Virus record (IMG/VR): IMGVR_UViG_3300028394_000043 | DNA: 64,000 bases | Strand: one strand, 5' to 3' | Source: a virus | Lineage: Duplodnaviria > Heunggongvirae > Uroviricota > Caudoviricetes | Shown: one piece after another, positions 55,125-64,000 of the stretch | Layout: every line of letters begins with the position of its first letter | Numbering within the stretch: position 1 is the first letter of the stretch | Translations under genes and position numbers: made by a program | The notes under the pieces: model-generated | What the model was told of the DNA's origin: nothing | The model's database searches: none | Seen by the model: only the letters and a program-made list of their open reading frames with translations

Positions 55125-55646
55125 ATGAAAATAATCATTACAGAATCTCATTACAAAAACATTTTATTCCGATATTGGGATAAAAATGGTGGTAGTGTAG
55201 ATAAGTCTTTTATTTCTCTATTTGGTTTGGATGGTAATAAAGAGATTACCTATGACCAAGCCTACAAATACTTAATTGAATGGAGAGGTGAGGAACAATC
55301 AAAAGACCTTGCTAAAAACTTATTACTTATAAATCGTCACCACATAAATAATTTTGGCGCTTACAATTTTTTCTTTGAGGTGACCGATATTAAGAAATGG
55401 GGATTAAATGATGATGCACCATTTGTTACCGTTAAAGTTAAGGTTGATGATTTAGCTGGTAGTGTTGATATAGGTGGTGACCATATGAGTTTAGATGATG
55501 CTCTAAACAATGATGATTACGGTTGGGAAGTAAGTGATGAGGTAAATTGGGGAATCAATGATTATTTCAAAGAGAACATAACATCAAAAACAGGTATTAA
55601 AGTAATATTCTTTAGACCTGATTATACAAGTCAAACTAAGATATGA
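55125..55646 (+). CDS. MKIIITES-family hypothetical protein
   Basis: N-terminus MKIIITESHYKNILFRYW paralogous to 63530-63838 product (MKIIITESKLERAVINWL). Confidence 0.45.
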   Translation: MKIIITESHYKNILFRYWDKNGGSVDKSFISLFGLDGNKEITYDQAYKYLIEWRGEEQSKDLAKNLLLINRHHINNFGAYNFFFEVTDIKKWGLNDDAPFVTVKVKVDDLAGSVDIGGDHMSLDDALNNDDYGWEVSDEVNWGINDYFKENITSKTGIKVIFFRPDYTSQTKI

Positions 55647-56683
55647 ACGAGAAATACTTAAAATACGTAAATGCCTTTAATAATGGTGATATAGATGAAT
55701 TATTACCATATTTTGAAACTGTGGAAAACATATTAAGATTTTTCCATAAAAAAGATTTATTGGACTATATTGACCCATTTGATAATAATTTAGGTGATTA
55801 TCAAATAGAGATATTAAATTACTCGTTAAACATTGCTAATGATAAGGAAATATTAGAAAAATGTATTGCACAACTATCTGATGTAATACCTAAAGATGGT
55901 ATCTTTTATTTAAGGCTTAGAGATAGAGAGGACTTAGCTGATTTATTTTATGGTGGTGGTCGTGACACTACAGCTAGAGATGTTGCAAGAGCGGTGTTAG
56001 GGGAAGATAATGATATGTTTGAAAGATGGGGTAATACAACAGATGATATCTATAGAGATGTTATTGAAGAACTTAATCCGGAAAATATGGAACTATTAAA
56101 AAAATATATTTTAGATAGATTAACCAATTGGAAAATTGAGGTTGATGATGATAGTCCGGATTTGTTTAATAACTATGCTGATGATGAAGGTATTTTTTAT
56201 CTAACACCTGAAAACGTTGGTAATGTGATTGGTGATGAGGAATCGTTTATGTATTTAATTGATAATGATTATTTAGATGATTTGTCAGGTGACTTATATG
56301 GTATTCATTCAAACGCTTATAATAGTGCGTATGAAACGGAAGTATATAATGATGTTACTAGTGAATTGGAAACATTCTTTGATATGAAAAGTGCTAAATG
56401 GGAGTCTGTTGCGTTATATGGTAATCCTGAAAAACTTACAGAGGTGTACTATATTAAATTTAACCCAAATGAGGTTGTTGACTCTATTCGCAAATATGTT
56501 GCGGAAAAAAATAATTGGGGGTATTATGATTATAATATTGACAGTGTTGGTACGTGGATAGGAATGATGAATACTTTAATGGAAAACGGTGATGAATCTT
56601 ATCTTGATTTTAGAATACCGGATTACCCTGATAGTCGTTTAGTGGATAAATATATAAATGAGTTTTTACCTGATTACATATAA
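55643..56683 (+). CDS. acidic hypothetical protein
   Basis: 346 aa D/E-rich. Confidence 0.45.
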   Translation: MNEKYLKYVNAFNNGDIDELLPYFETVENILRFFHKKDLLDYIDPFDNNLGDYQIEILNYSLNIANDKEILEKCIAQLSDVIPKDGIFYLRLRDREDLADLFYGGGRDTTARDVARAVLGEDNDMFERWGNTTDDIYRDVIEELNPENMELLKKYILDRLTNWKIEVDDDSPDLFNNYADDEGIFYLTPENVGNVIGDEESFMYLIDNDYLDDLSGDLYGIHSNAYNSAYETEVYNDVTSELETFFDMKSAKWESVALYGNPEKLTEVYYIKFNPNEVVDSIRKYVAEKNNWGYYDYNIDSVGTWIGMMNTLMENGDESYLDFRIPDYPDSRLVDKYINEFLPDYI

Positions 56684-57045
56684 TGACACCGAAAGAAAAA
56701 ATAAATAAATTAGGTGAATTAATCCGTAGAATTGTTAATAAAGACAATAAAATGGAGGGACAATACACTATGCCGTATAGTCATTCGGATGATGATTATG
56801 CTGATTGGAAAATTAAGTTTACAGTAAACCGTGTTGTTCTTCGTCCAACGGATTCTGAACCTGGTTGTAAATATAGTGGTACTATTTATCTTGACTCAGA
56901 TGTTATGGTTGGATTTGAAGGTGATTGGGAAAAATATATGATAGGGGATTTACCAAGTTGGGTAAAAGATGACATTGAAGATAAAATATTAGATAATATT
57001 GAAAAGTTCTTACCTATGGTTTGTGTTGATTTAACTTTTAATTAA
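56683..57045 (+). CDS. hypothetical protein
   Basis: 120 aa ORF. Confidence 0.4.
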   Translation: MTPKEKINKLGELIRRIVNKDNKMEGQYTMPYSHSDDDYADWKIKFTVNRVVLRPTDSEPGCKYSGTIYLDSDVMVGFEGDWEKYMIGDLPSWVKDDIEDKILDNIEKFLPMVCVDLTFN

Positions 57046-57713
57046 GTTAAACCATTTCCAAATGAATCGTAATAACCAATTATTGCTTGTGTATACATAT
57101 AAACATCATCAAAAAGATTCTTCTCATTCTGTACTATTGACGCAGCTTTCCATATAATGTCAGTTTCTTGTTCGTGGGCTGTATCGTCATATATAAAACT
57201 TTGAATATAATCTTGTAATGTGTCGTCATCAACATCTTCATTATCAATTTTAGGGTTATATAGTTCCAAATCTAAATGAAATCCAAGAGCTTCAGTTTCA
57301 ACATATTCGATAGACCAATCCTTAATAAAGCATTTCGCAATTAATATTGAACCACTATCATTTAACGTTATTTCTTTAAGATTATTAAATGACCTATTTA
57401 TTTTATTTCTAATTTCTTTATTGATATAAACATCTGATTTAGTTAATTTACAATAATCTATTGATAGTTGTGACCAATCAAGACCTGAACTAGGATAATG
57501 GGCATTTGTAATACCGGCTAATGTTAAAAAGTTGTGTAACATCTCTTCAAGATGACCTTCAACTACTGTAGAGGCAAATGAAACATCATTAGAGTTTTCT
57601 ACTTCCCACTTTATTTGATAACCGACCATAAATGGGTGTAACACCAATCCGTGTATAATGGTTGGTTTTTTAAGTTTGTCGTAATATAATTTTATTAATC
57701 TTTGTGATACCAT
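57042..57713 (-). CDS. hypothetical protein
   Basis: 223 aa ORF. Confidence 0.45.
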   Translation of the reverse strand: MVSQRLIKLYYDKLKKPTIIHGLVLHPFMVGYQIKWEVENSNDVSFASTVVEGHLEEMLHNFLTLAGITNAHYPSSGLDWSQLSIDYCKLTKSDVYINKEIRNKINRSFNNLKEITLNDSGSILIAKCFIKDWSIEYVETEALGFHLDLELYNPKIDNEDVDDDTLQDYIQSFIYDDTAHEQETDIIWKAASIVQNEKNLFDDVYMYTQAIIGYYDSFGNGLT

Positions 57714-57726
57714 AACTATAAATATA
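57714..57726 (-). promoter_or_regulatory. late-type motif TATATTTATAGTT abutting ATG
   Basis: TATATTTATAG family. Confidence 0.4.
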
Positions 57727-57753
57727 CATATTTATTAAATAGAATACAAGAAT

Positions 57754-58299
57754 ATGAAAGATAGAAAAAAAGTATTAAATGATTTAATTACTGACTTTGG
57801 AATAGAGAAATCATCTACTATGACAGGGTTATCAAAACTTGAATTAATTAGACGAAGTGAGTGTTATATTGATTTGAGTATGGCAAATGATATTCTTGGT
57901 GATTTAATTAAGGAGGGTTTATTTCCAATGAAATACAAAAATTGTCAGATAAGTTTTGAGGGATTTAGTGGTACCGTAGATTGGTATTGTGATTGGTCTG
58001 AGGATAATTGGCGTGACTATAAAGAAGAAATTACATATTCGTTAGCAACACCATTTTGGGATGTTAATGATGGTATTCCGGTTGATACCAATTCATATGA
58101 TGGTGTTGATTTTTTTAATGATAAATTTTCATATACTGAAGGTGATTTAGATAGAAGTGAACCTTATACATTTATTAAATGGAAAGATGGTTTTGAGAAT
58201 CTTGCTCTATATGATAGATGGATAAGAAGATTTTATTTACCACAGGTCTATAATGTTATAAAATTACATTTAGAGACTTATCGTAATTTTGCAGATTAA
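57754..58299 (+). CDS. hypothetical protein
   Basis: 181 aa ORF. Confidence 0.45.
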   Translation: MKDRKKVLNDLITDFGIEKSSTMTGLSKLELIRRSECYIDLSMANDILGDLIKEGLFPMKYKNCQISFEGFSGTVDWYCDWSEDNWRDYKEEITYSLATPFWDVNDGIPVDTNSYDGVDFFNDKFSYTEGDLDRSEPYTFIKWKDGFENLALYDRWIRRFYLPQVYNVIKLHLETYRNFAD

Positions 58300-59114
58300 A
58301 TAACAACAACACCTTTACCGTTAGCTCTAGTAATAATATTGGGTTTTTCTTCCATATTAAATAAGAAAGTATCTCCATTTTCATAACCTTGATAATCTTC
58401 AGAAATTTCTCGGTAGTCTCTTAATATTAAAGTTTGGTTATTGTTATAGAAATTATCAGCATCTTCTTTATCCACTTGGTCATCGTGTTTTAGTCCTGAG
58501 AAATACATTTTCCAACGACCACTCCAAGAAACAAAATCAGTATAAGTTATTTCAGCAGAATCTTTTGATTCTATTTTACCATCACCATCACAATATCCGC
58601 ACTGAACATCTCCATCACCACCACAATATCCACAGGATTCGTTACCATCACCATTACATCTTCCGCAGGTTGTTTTACCGGCTCCTTGACACATATCACA
58701 TTCTTCACCTTCTTCATCAACACCTGAACCATCACAATAATCACAATCTTCTTCACCGGTATTATCGCAACGACTACATTCTTGCTCACCTGTACCATCA
58801 CATTGGTCACAATTTTCAAAACGACTACCGTAACACTCGTCACATTCAACCTCAGGTTCAGTATCATACACTTCAACTAATTCAATTGTGAACATATTAT
58901 ATTCAATTCTATCGTAGTCTTCATCAATATCTGATTCCATATTAAAACGTGGGGCCAATAATGAATAGATTACCAAGTCTTTAGCGTTAAGAACGTGAGA
59001 TAATGCTTCATAATGATTATTTTCTAATATCATTCTATATACTCCGGTAGGACTTTGATTCTTAAAACTTCTACCTGTTTTTTTTACTAAGGTTAATAAT
59101 TTGTGCTTTTCCAT
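58296..59114 (-). CDS. Cys-rich protein with eight DnaJ-type CxxCxGxG zinc-finger motifs (no J domain)
   Basis: CDECYGS, CDQCDGTG, CSRCDNTG, CDYCDGSG, CDMCQGAG, CGRCNGDG, CGYCGGDG, CGYCDGDG. Confidence 0.55.
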   Translation of the reverse strand: MEKHKLLTLVKKTGRSFKNQSPTGVYRMILENNHYEALSHVLNAKDLVIYSLLAPRFNMESDIDEDYDRIEYNMFTIELVEVYDTEPEVECDECYGSRFENCDQCDGTGEQECSRCDNTGEEDCDYCDGSGVDEEGEECDMCQGAGKTTCGRCNGDGNESCGYCGGDGDVQCGYCDGDGKIESKDSAEITYTDFVSWSGRWKMYFSGLKHDDQVDKEDADNFYNNNQTLILRDYREISEDYQGYENGDTFLFNMEEKPNIITRANGKGVVVI

Positions 59115-59119
59115 AATTC

Positions 59120-59599
59120 TTAAATTTCAGTTACACTACCAAGTTCATCGTCTAACATTTCACTATCTCTAGTATCTTCTTCGTATAAATCTCCGTCAAA
59201 AACATCTAAAGTACCTTCACTTTTTAAGGTGTACAAAAGGTCATTAAGCTCATCTTTATCGGAATATAATGAAATTGTGTTTTTATAATATTCATTAACA
59301 ATTGACTTCATTGTAACAATCCAATCATATTCGTAATTTTTTAATGTTGGTTTTTTTAATGGCGAATTAAGAGAATTTTCTTCAAAAATATCTTCATTTA
59401 ATTTAATAACATTATAAAGAAAATCCGTATCTTGAATTGATGGGTCAATTGAAAATAGTTTACAAACACTTTCAACCACTTGATAAAATTGCCAATCAGC
59501 TGAATTTTCAACCATATCGATATCGACATTATTGATAATTTGTTTAATAACTGAGAAGATAACTCTATCACTCATTTTTTCAAATACGCTATGTTCCAT
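59120..59599 (-). CDS. hypothetical protein
   Basis: 159 aa ORF. Confidence 0.45.
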   Translation of the reverse strand: MEHSVFEKMSDRVIFSVIKQIINNVDIDMVENSADWQFYQVVESVCKLFSIDPSIQDTDFLYNVIKLNEDIFEENSLNSPLKKPTLKNYEYDWIVTMKSIVNEYYKNTISLYSDKDELNDLLYTLKSEGTLDVFDGDLYEEDTRDSEMLDDELGSVTEI

Positions 59600-59621
59600 A
59601 AAAATATTTTACTAATAAATA
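59600..59621 (-). promoter_or_regulatory. late-type motif CTATTTATTAGTAAAATATTTT abutting ATG
   Basis: TATTTAT-TAGTAAAA family. Confidence 0.35.
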
Positions 59622-59642
59622 GTATGATAAAATAATTTGTCT

Positions 59643-59650
59643 TATATTTG
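59643..59650 (+). promoter_or_regulatory. -7 element TATATTTG 5 nt upstream of ATG 59655
   Basis: TAnnTTTG match; near-leaderless. Confidence 0.3.
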
Positions 59651-59654
59651 CCCT

Positions 59655-60410
59655 ATGGTATCAAACGCATTACATAATGGTATAGATTTAGTCGGGAGAG
59701 GACATAAGGTCAATCCCGATTGGCATCGTAATTTCCGTGAAGACCAAGATAGAACTACTAAAACTATCAACAGACTTCTTGATATGGAGTTAGGCCATCA
59801 TATTGATAAAGACAATACAATGTTATCGGAGGTTTATTTCACAAAGTATTGGGGTGTTTGTAACTATTGTTTTGTTTATAAAATGAAAGAGGAGTATAGT
59901 CAAACAGAAATTCTTATTAGCGCAGTTTTAGAATCAACGGATGAAGTATTGAGATGGTATGACTTGACTACTATGGTTAATTTTAATATTATTGTTGTCA
60001 CACCATACAGAACTATTGTAAAAACTTATTTGGATTTGTTGTATGAATATATTACTATGAGTAACACTCGTAGATGGTCGGATGTTAGGGTTGTGATTGA
60101 ATCTCACCCAAGAATTCAACAAATGAAAGAATGGGTTACAAGATATAGAGAATATGATAGAGTAACACAAAAAACTTCATTAGCTGGTGACCCCTATTCT
60201 TATATGGATAGAGGTAGAGAACAAAGGGAGTTTCTTCAAATAAGATATGATGGTAATCCTTTAAAGAGTGAACCAAAAAATCAATATATTGGTGGTGGGC
60301 AACAAATGAGTTATTCTATAGAACAGAGAGTAATTGAAAGACCAAAAGTTGATAAAGAATGGGTAAGTAAATTAAATAAATTATTAAATAAATTAAAATT
60401 AAAATTATGA
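59655..60410 (+). CDS. hypothetical protein
   Basis: ATG MVSNALHNG (track start 59637 is TTG). Confidence 0.45.
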   Translation: MVSNALHNGIDLVGRGHKVNPDWHRNFREDQDRTTKTINRLLDMELGHHIDKDNTMLSEVYFTKYWGVCNYCFVYKMKEEYSQTEILISAVLESTDEVLRWYDLTTMVNFNIIVVTPYRTIVKTYLDLLYEYITMSNTRRWSDVRVVIESHPRIQQMKEWVTRYREYDRVTQKTSLAGDPYSYMDRGREQREFLQIRYDGNPLKSEPKNQYIGGGQQMSYSIEQRVIERPKVDKEWVSKLNKLLNKLKLKL

Positions 60411-60622
60411 ATATGCAAACATTAGTGTTTAACAGTACAGATAAAACAGTTGTACTTCAAGAAGGGTTCAGAGGAACAGAATTATTAAACTTTAAAGATG
60501 TTCCGACTGTGAAAGTTGAGAACGGGTATTACGAGGTAATGCAAAAATCAGGGGAAAACGGAGGAGTGGTTCCGGTGTTAAGAGTACCAATGGCGAATAC
60601 TAATATGTTAATTCAGAGATAA
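60407..60622 (+). CDS. hypothetical protein
   Basis: 71 aa, ATGA overlap with upstream gene. Confidence 0.4.
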   Translation: MNMQTLVFNSTDKTVVLQEGFRGTELLNFKDVPTVKVENGYYEVMQKSGENGGVVPVLRVPMANTNMLIQR

Positions 60623-60623
60623 T

Positions 60624-60863
60624 ATGAAAAACTTATTAAAATTTATCGGAGTACTAGTAGTATTCTTTGTTTGGGTTGAGTTGGTTAATTTATCATTCTA
60701 CCTTATGGATTTGTCGGACACCTATATTTTCTATGGTGGTGTTTTATTATTGGCGACAATAACGATGGGGCCAATATTCTATTTTGGGGATAACATCGCT
60801 ATGTTCTTAAAGAATATGAAAGGTGTTTTCACGTATAAAGACGAAGAAGAAAAAAAAGATTAA
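60624..60863 (+). CDS. small membrane protein
   Basis: Two predicted TM helices. Confidence 0.4.
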   Translation: MKNLLKFIGVLVVFFVWVELVNLSFYLMDLSDTYIFYGGVLLLATITMGPIFYFGDNIAMFLKNMKGVFTYKDEEEKKD

Positions 60864-60869
60864 AAAAAA

Positions 60870-60900
60870 TTTGGTAGTACGGAATAAAGTAATATCTTTG
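60870..60900 (+). promoter_or_regulatory. conserved early promoter TTTG-N19-AAAGTAATATCTTTGTACCC
   Basis: Same extended family. Confidence 0.5.
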
Positions 60901-60938
60901 TACCCAATTAAATAATTAATAATTAAAAAAGTAAAAAA

Positions 60939-61778
60939 ATGAAAAGAATTTTAGTAATTGTAGGTGTAGTAGTATTGTTTTTCGCAGTGTTCAGTTCTTG
61001 TGAAGTAATTGACGCAGGTCACGTAGGGGTTAAAGTTGATATGTATGGTTCCGGTAAAGGAGTTAATAACGTAACAGCGTGTACAGGATGGGTATTTTAT
61101 AATCCTATCACAACAAAGGTTTATGAGTTTCCAACTTTTATCCAACACAAAGAGTATAAGAATACTGAGGATGGTGACAACTCTTTCACGGTTAACACAA
61201 AAGATGGTTCCGAGTTCAGAGTATCTCCTATCTTAAACTACTCTGTAAGTGCCGATAAAGCTCCATCAATCTTCGCTAAATATAGAAGAACGTTACCGGA
61301 GTTAGAGGAAGGATTTTTAAAGACCGCTATCTATGACGCATTCCGATTGGCGACCAATAAATATACCGCAGAACAATTAATCTCTAATAGAGCTCTGTTT
61401 GAAGTTGAAGTACGAAAGTTGTTAGAATCACAAGTTGTTAAAGAAGGATTTATTGTGAATCAATTTACATCTAACTTGGAATATCCAACATCGTTCAAGA
61501 ACGCGATTAACGCTAAGAACAACGCGGTACAGGCGGCGTTAACTGCAGAGAACCAAGTACAGACTGCGACAGCACAAGCTAAGATTAAAGTGGCGAAAGC
61601 ACAAGGAGATGCTGAGGCTTTGTTAACAAACGCAAGAGCTGAGGCTGAATCAAACAAGTTGAGACAATCTACTTTAACACCGATGTTGTTACAACAACAA
61701 TGGATTGAGAAATGGGATGGAGCACTTCCAAGTACTCAATTGTCATCAGGAGCGAACACAATGTACGGATTAAAATAA
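60939..61778 (+). CDS. SPFH/band-7 (prohibitin/HflKC-like) membrane protein
   Basis: N-terminal TM then VIDAGHVGVKV; C-terminal AQGDAEALLTNARAEAE. Confidence 0.7.
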   Translation: MKRILVIVGVVVLFFAVFSSCEVIDAGHVGVKVDMYGSGKGVNNVTACTGWVFYNPITTKVYEFPTFIQHKEYKNTEDGDNSFTVNTKDGSEFRVSPILNYSVSADKAPSIFAKYRRTLPELEEGFLKTAIYDAFRLATNKYTAEQLISNRALFEVEVRKLLESQVVKEGFIVNQFTSNLEYPTSFKNAINAKNNAVQAALTAENQVQTATAQAKIKVAKAQGDAEALLTNARAEAESNKLRQSTLTPMLLQQQWIEKWDGALPSTQLSSGANTMYGLK

Positions 61779-61787
61779 AATAAAGTT

Positions 61788-62141
61788 ATGATAGTATTAG
61801 TGTTATTTTTGATTGTTGGTTTTGTGTCTTTATTAATTTATGAGGGGGTAAATCTATCTGTAACAGGATTTCCCCCAAAAGACGAAGATGTTTTAGAGTT
61901 CATTGAGAAAGTTAGAAAGAGTAATCCATATCTATTGGATGGTGCTAAACCGGATAGTATGATTAGTTCAAGTGGTAATCCGTATATCTCTTCAAGTTTA
62001 AGTACTTGTTTAATGGGATATTATATTTCATATGTTGGTGCAATACCAAGATGGTATAAGTCGTATGGTGAGATTCAAAAACTATATGTTGAGTTGGGAG
62101 CAAAGAGTGATAAAACAAAAAGAGAAATTTTAGGATTATAA
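61788..62141 (+). CDS. membrane-anchored hypothetical protein
   Basis: N-terminal TM helix, 117 aa. Confidence 0.4.
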   Translation: MIVLVLFLIVGFVSLLIYEGVNLSVTGFPPKDEDVLEFIEKVRKSNPYLLDGAKPDSMISSSGNPYISSSLSTCLMGYYISYVGAIPRWYKSYGEIQKLYVELGAKSDKTKREILGL

Positions 62142-62146
62142 AAACA

Positions 62147-62172
62147 AAACCCCCTTAATAGGGGGTTTTTTT
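62147..62172. terminator. bidirectional rho-independent terminator
   Basis: AAAAC-CCCCCT-TAAT-AGGGGG-TTTTTTT between convergent genes. Confidence 0.75.
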
Positions 62173-62758
62173 ATTTTACTTTATATTTGGTGAAGTCGGT
62201 TGATAATGGTTTTTCATTTTTGAAGTAGTATACTTCTGTAACACCATCATACTTAATTGTTTTTCTGTAAGCTGTTGGGATTGTTGCTCCGGTTGGAAGA
62301 AGAATTGATTTTGGTCCAAAGATACATCTGATTTCAACCTGAACTACTTTATGTGTTTTTGCTAGTTCTCGTTCTCTCACTTCAAGTAATCTCCAAGTTG
62401 TTCTGTTAAGGTTCTCTTGTTGTAGTGAACAGTTTAGGTAAGTGAATGTTTTATATAGAGTTTCTCTATCACAATTAAAATCGGCAGCAGGGGCTAAGTG
62501 ACCTTTGTCGTAAGGGTTTTTTTCGTAATCTTTAGCATCAGATGTTTTAATTGTTTTATCAACATAAAAATCCATTCCGGTTCTTGATGCGGTCCCATTT
62601 GGGCACTGAACGGTATAACGAATAAATTTAGGTTGTTCCAATTTCTCTGAATATACAATTTCAAACATTGGAGTTTTAACCACAATACTATCTCTTAATG
62701 CTTGTGAGAATGATGAGAATGTGGTCAGGGTAAGTAAAACTAATAAAAGGTTTTTCAT
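62171..62758 (-). CDS. secreted DNA/RNA non-specific endonuclease (Endonuclease_NS / NucA / EndoG family)
   Basis: Signal peptide MKNLLLVLLTLTTFSSFSQA; catalytic-region motif DKGHLAPAAD (DRGHxxP family). Confidence 0.65.
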   Translation of the reverse strand: MKNLLLVLLTLTTFSSFSQALRDSIVVKTPMFEIVYSEKLEQPKFIRYTVQCPNGTASRTGMDFYVDKTIKTSDAKDYEKNPYDKGHLAPAADFNCDRETLYKTFTYLNCSLQQENLNRTTWRLLEVRERELAKTHKVVQVEIRCIFGPKSILLPTGATIPTAYRKTIKYDGVTEVYYFKNEKPLSTDFTKYKVK

Positions 62759-62771
62759 AATTAATATTTAA

Positions 62772-62782
62772 CAATAAATATA
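62772..62782 (-). promoter_or_regulatory. late-type motif TATATTTATTG upstream of 62758
   Basis: TATATTTAT family. Confidence 0.3.
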
Positions 62783-62803
62783 CACACCAATAATTTAGTT
62801 CCG

Positions 62804-62816
62804 GTATATTTATAGG
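62804..62816 (+). promoter_or_regulatory. late-type motif GTATATTTATAGG abutting ATG 62818
   Basis: TATATTTATAG family. Confidence 0.35.
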
Positions 62817-62817
62817 T

Positions 62818-63528
62818 ATGAGTTTAAGTAAAGATTTAACAATAGTCATACCCTGCAAAAACGAGGGGTTAATTATAAAGAAAACTTTAGGATTGTTAAA
62901 CCTGCAAACTAATATCAAAGGTGTAAATGTTATGGTTGCCGATTCTTCAACGGACAACGGATATACGCAAAAATGTATTCTTGGTTCATATCATACCAAT
63001 ATTAATGTAAAGATTATTAAGGGAGGATTTCCTGCTGAAGCCAGAAACAATGGAACCAAAAAGATAACGACACCCTATGTTTTATTCTTGGATGCGGACA
63101 TATACCTGAACGATTATAATTTGTTGAAGGAGATGGTTGAACAAATGAAAGAAAATGATTATCATTTATCCACAACCAAAATAAGAACTGACGATGGTAA
63201 GTATAATTATGTATATAAATCATTTGATGTTATCCAATACTTAACCAAATTCTTTACACCATTTGCGGTTGGAGGATTTATGTTATTTAATTTAGAGGTA
63301 TTCAATTCATTGGGAGGATTTAATCCGGATGATAAGTTTGCTGAGGATTATCATTTAAGTTCAAAGATAAAACCAAATAAGTTTTATGTAGCGGACAAAA
63401 TTGTTTATACCACATCAAGACGATTCAAGAACAAAGGTTTATTCTATATGGTTAAGATGATGATTAAATCTTGGTTTAATAGAAATAACGATGAGTTCTT
63501 TACAAAGGAACATAATTATTGGACTTAA
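62818..63528 (+). CDS. family 2 glycosyltransferase
   Basis: IVIPCKNEG...VMVADSSTDNG and DxD-type LFLDADIYL. Confidence 0.65.
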   Translation: MSLSKDLTIVIPCKNEGLIIKKTLGLLNLQTNIKGVNVMVADSSTDNGYTQKCILGSYHTNINVKIIKGGFPAEARNNGTKKITTPYVLFLDADIYLNDYNLLKEMVEQMKENDYHLSTTKIRTDDGKYNYVYKSFDVIQYLTKFFTPFAVGGFMLFNLEVFNSLGGFNPDDKFAEDYHLSSKIKPNKFYVADKIVYTTSRRFKNKGLFYMVKMMIKSWFNRNNDEFFTKEHNYWT

Positions 63529-63529
63529 A

Positions 63530-63838
63530 ATGAAAATTATAATAACAGAAAGTAAATTAGAGAGAGCTGTCATTAATTGGTTGAGCGATAACTTTGGTGA
63601 TTTGGAACCGTATGAAACGGAAGACAGACCTAATTTTATTCTATATAAAAAAGGGAAACAGGTTATATTTGAATACAATAAAAAAAGTGGTGATGTTTTT
63701 ATCAATTATGATGAAATATGGTCATTTTTATCATCTTTTTTTAGTATGAATTATAAACAAATTCAGAACATAATGGAGAGATGGATTGAAGAACACTACA
63801 ATTTAGAGGTTATGTATTTGGATTATCATTTCTTGTAA
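63530..63838 (+). CDS. MKIIITES-family hypothetical protein
   Basis: ATG at 63530 after upstream stop; paralog of 55125-55646. Confidence 0.45.
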   Translation: MKIIITESKLERAVINWLSDNFGDLEPYETEDRPNFILYKKGKQVIFEYNKKSGDVFINYDEIWSFLSSFFSMNYKQIQNIMERWIEEHYNLEVMYLDYHFL

Positions 63839-63878
63839 ATAAGGTATGAAGTGTGGAAACATTACAAATTAAGATAAT

Positions 63879-64000
63879 ATGAAATACAAAACAATAATTC
63901 TATCAGACATTCACTTGGGTTCCAAATCAAGTAGAGCCAACGATGTTATAGAATTTCTTGAAAACAACACCACAGAGACCTTAATATTAAATGGGGATAT
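63879..64000 (+). CDS. calcineurin-like metallophosphoesterase, 3' partial
   Basis: MKYKTIILSDIHLGSKSS...LILNGD (D-x-H ... GD motifs); runs off window end. Confidence 0.55.
   Translation, partial: MKYKTIILSDIHLGSKSSRANDVIEFLENNTTETLILNGD

Noticed and set aside
58565-58891. Two long ORFs (His-rich on plus strand, another on the minus strand) inside the Cys-rich zinc-finger gene
   Set aside because: Artefacts of the repetitive TGYGAYGGN codon pattern. The only coherent protein is the CxxCxGxG frame.
60600-64000. Prophage/host junction, suggested by the host-like SPFH, nuclease, GT2 and phosphoesterase genes
   Set aside because: The early phage promoter at 60870-60900 and the MKIIITES paralog at 63530 indicate the region is still phage. 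No integrase, att-like repeat or tRNA was seen.

Overview
This window reads as a 64-kb stretch of a large tailed phage genome. No integrase, tRNA, rRNA or CRISPR array was found. Coding density is about 95% and the sequence is AT-rich. Start codons lack Shine-Dalgarno sequences and are preceded by A-rich stretches. Promoters match the Bacteroidetes sigma-A pattern (TTTG, 19 nt, TAnnTTTG). Fiber proteins carry SprB-type and DUF285/BspA-type repeats, and there is a small histone-H1-like gene. Together these point to a host in Bacteroidetes, most likely Flavobacteriia. Modules, left to right: (1) nt 1-13,400, a block of very large fiber or host-recognition proteins, mostly on the minus strand, with PT-rich linkers, plus a RuvC-like resolvase. 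(2) nt 13,400-24,700, a plus-strand replication and recombination block (DnaG/T7-like primase, PD-(D/E)XK nuclease, Mre11/SbcD, Rad50/SbcC, an 813-aa gamma-class methyltransferase with an N-terminal putative nuclease domain, and a full-length sigma-70 family factor). (3) nt 24,700-27,700, a lysis cassette (amidase and membrane or spanin-like proteins with overlapping genes). (4) nt 27,900-42,700, Lys/Glu-rich proteins, a phage DnaJ, a Dam-class methyltransferase, an LRR protein, thioredoxin and glutaredoxin. (5) nt 42,900-49,200, a metabolic and DNA-modification block (type II glutamine synthetase, DUF3310, beta-class methyltransferase, DHH-DHHA1 phosphoesterase, DUF192, NUDIX). (6) nt 49,300-60,400, small genes of unknown function including a zinc-finger protein with eight CxxCxGxG motifs. 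(7) nt 60,600-64,000, envelope-type genes (SPFH, secreted NucA-like nuclease, GT2 glycosyltransferase, metallophosphoesterase). Three non-coding elements recur. One is a conserved 40-nt early promoter, TTTG-N19-AAAGTAtTATCTTTGTAC, used five times and sometimes overlapping the upstream terminator. The second is a TATATTTATAG motif immediately upstream of late, structural and minus-strand genes. The third is a family of rho-independent terminators, two of which share the core AACCCTCAC...GTGGGGGTTTT. Motif coordinates were hand-counted and may be off by 1-2 nt. CDS coordinates follow the ORF track except where an internal ATG is better supported.
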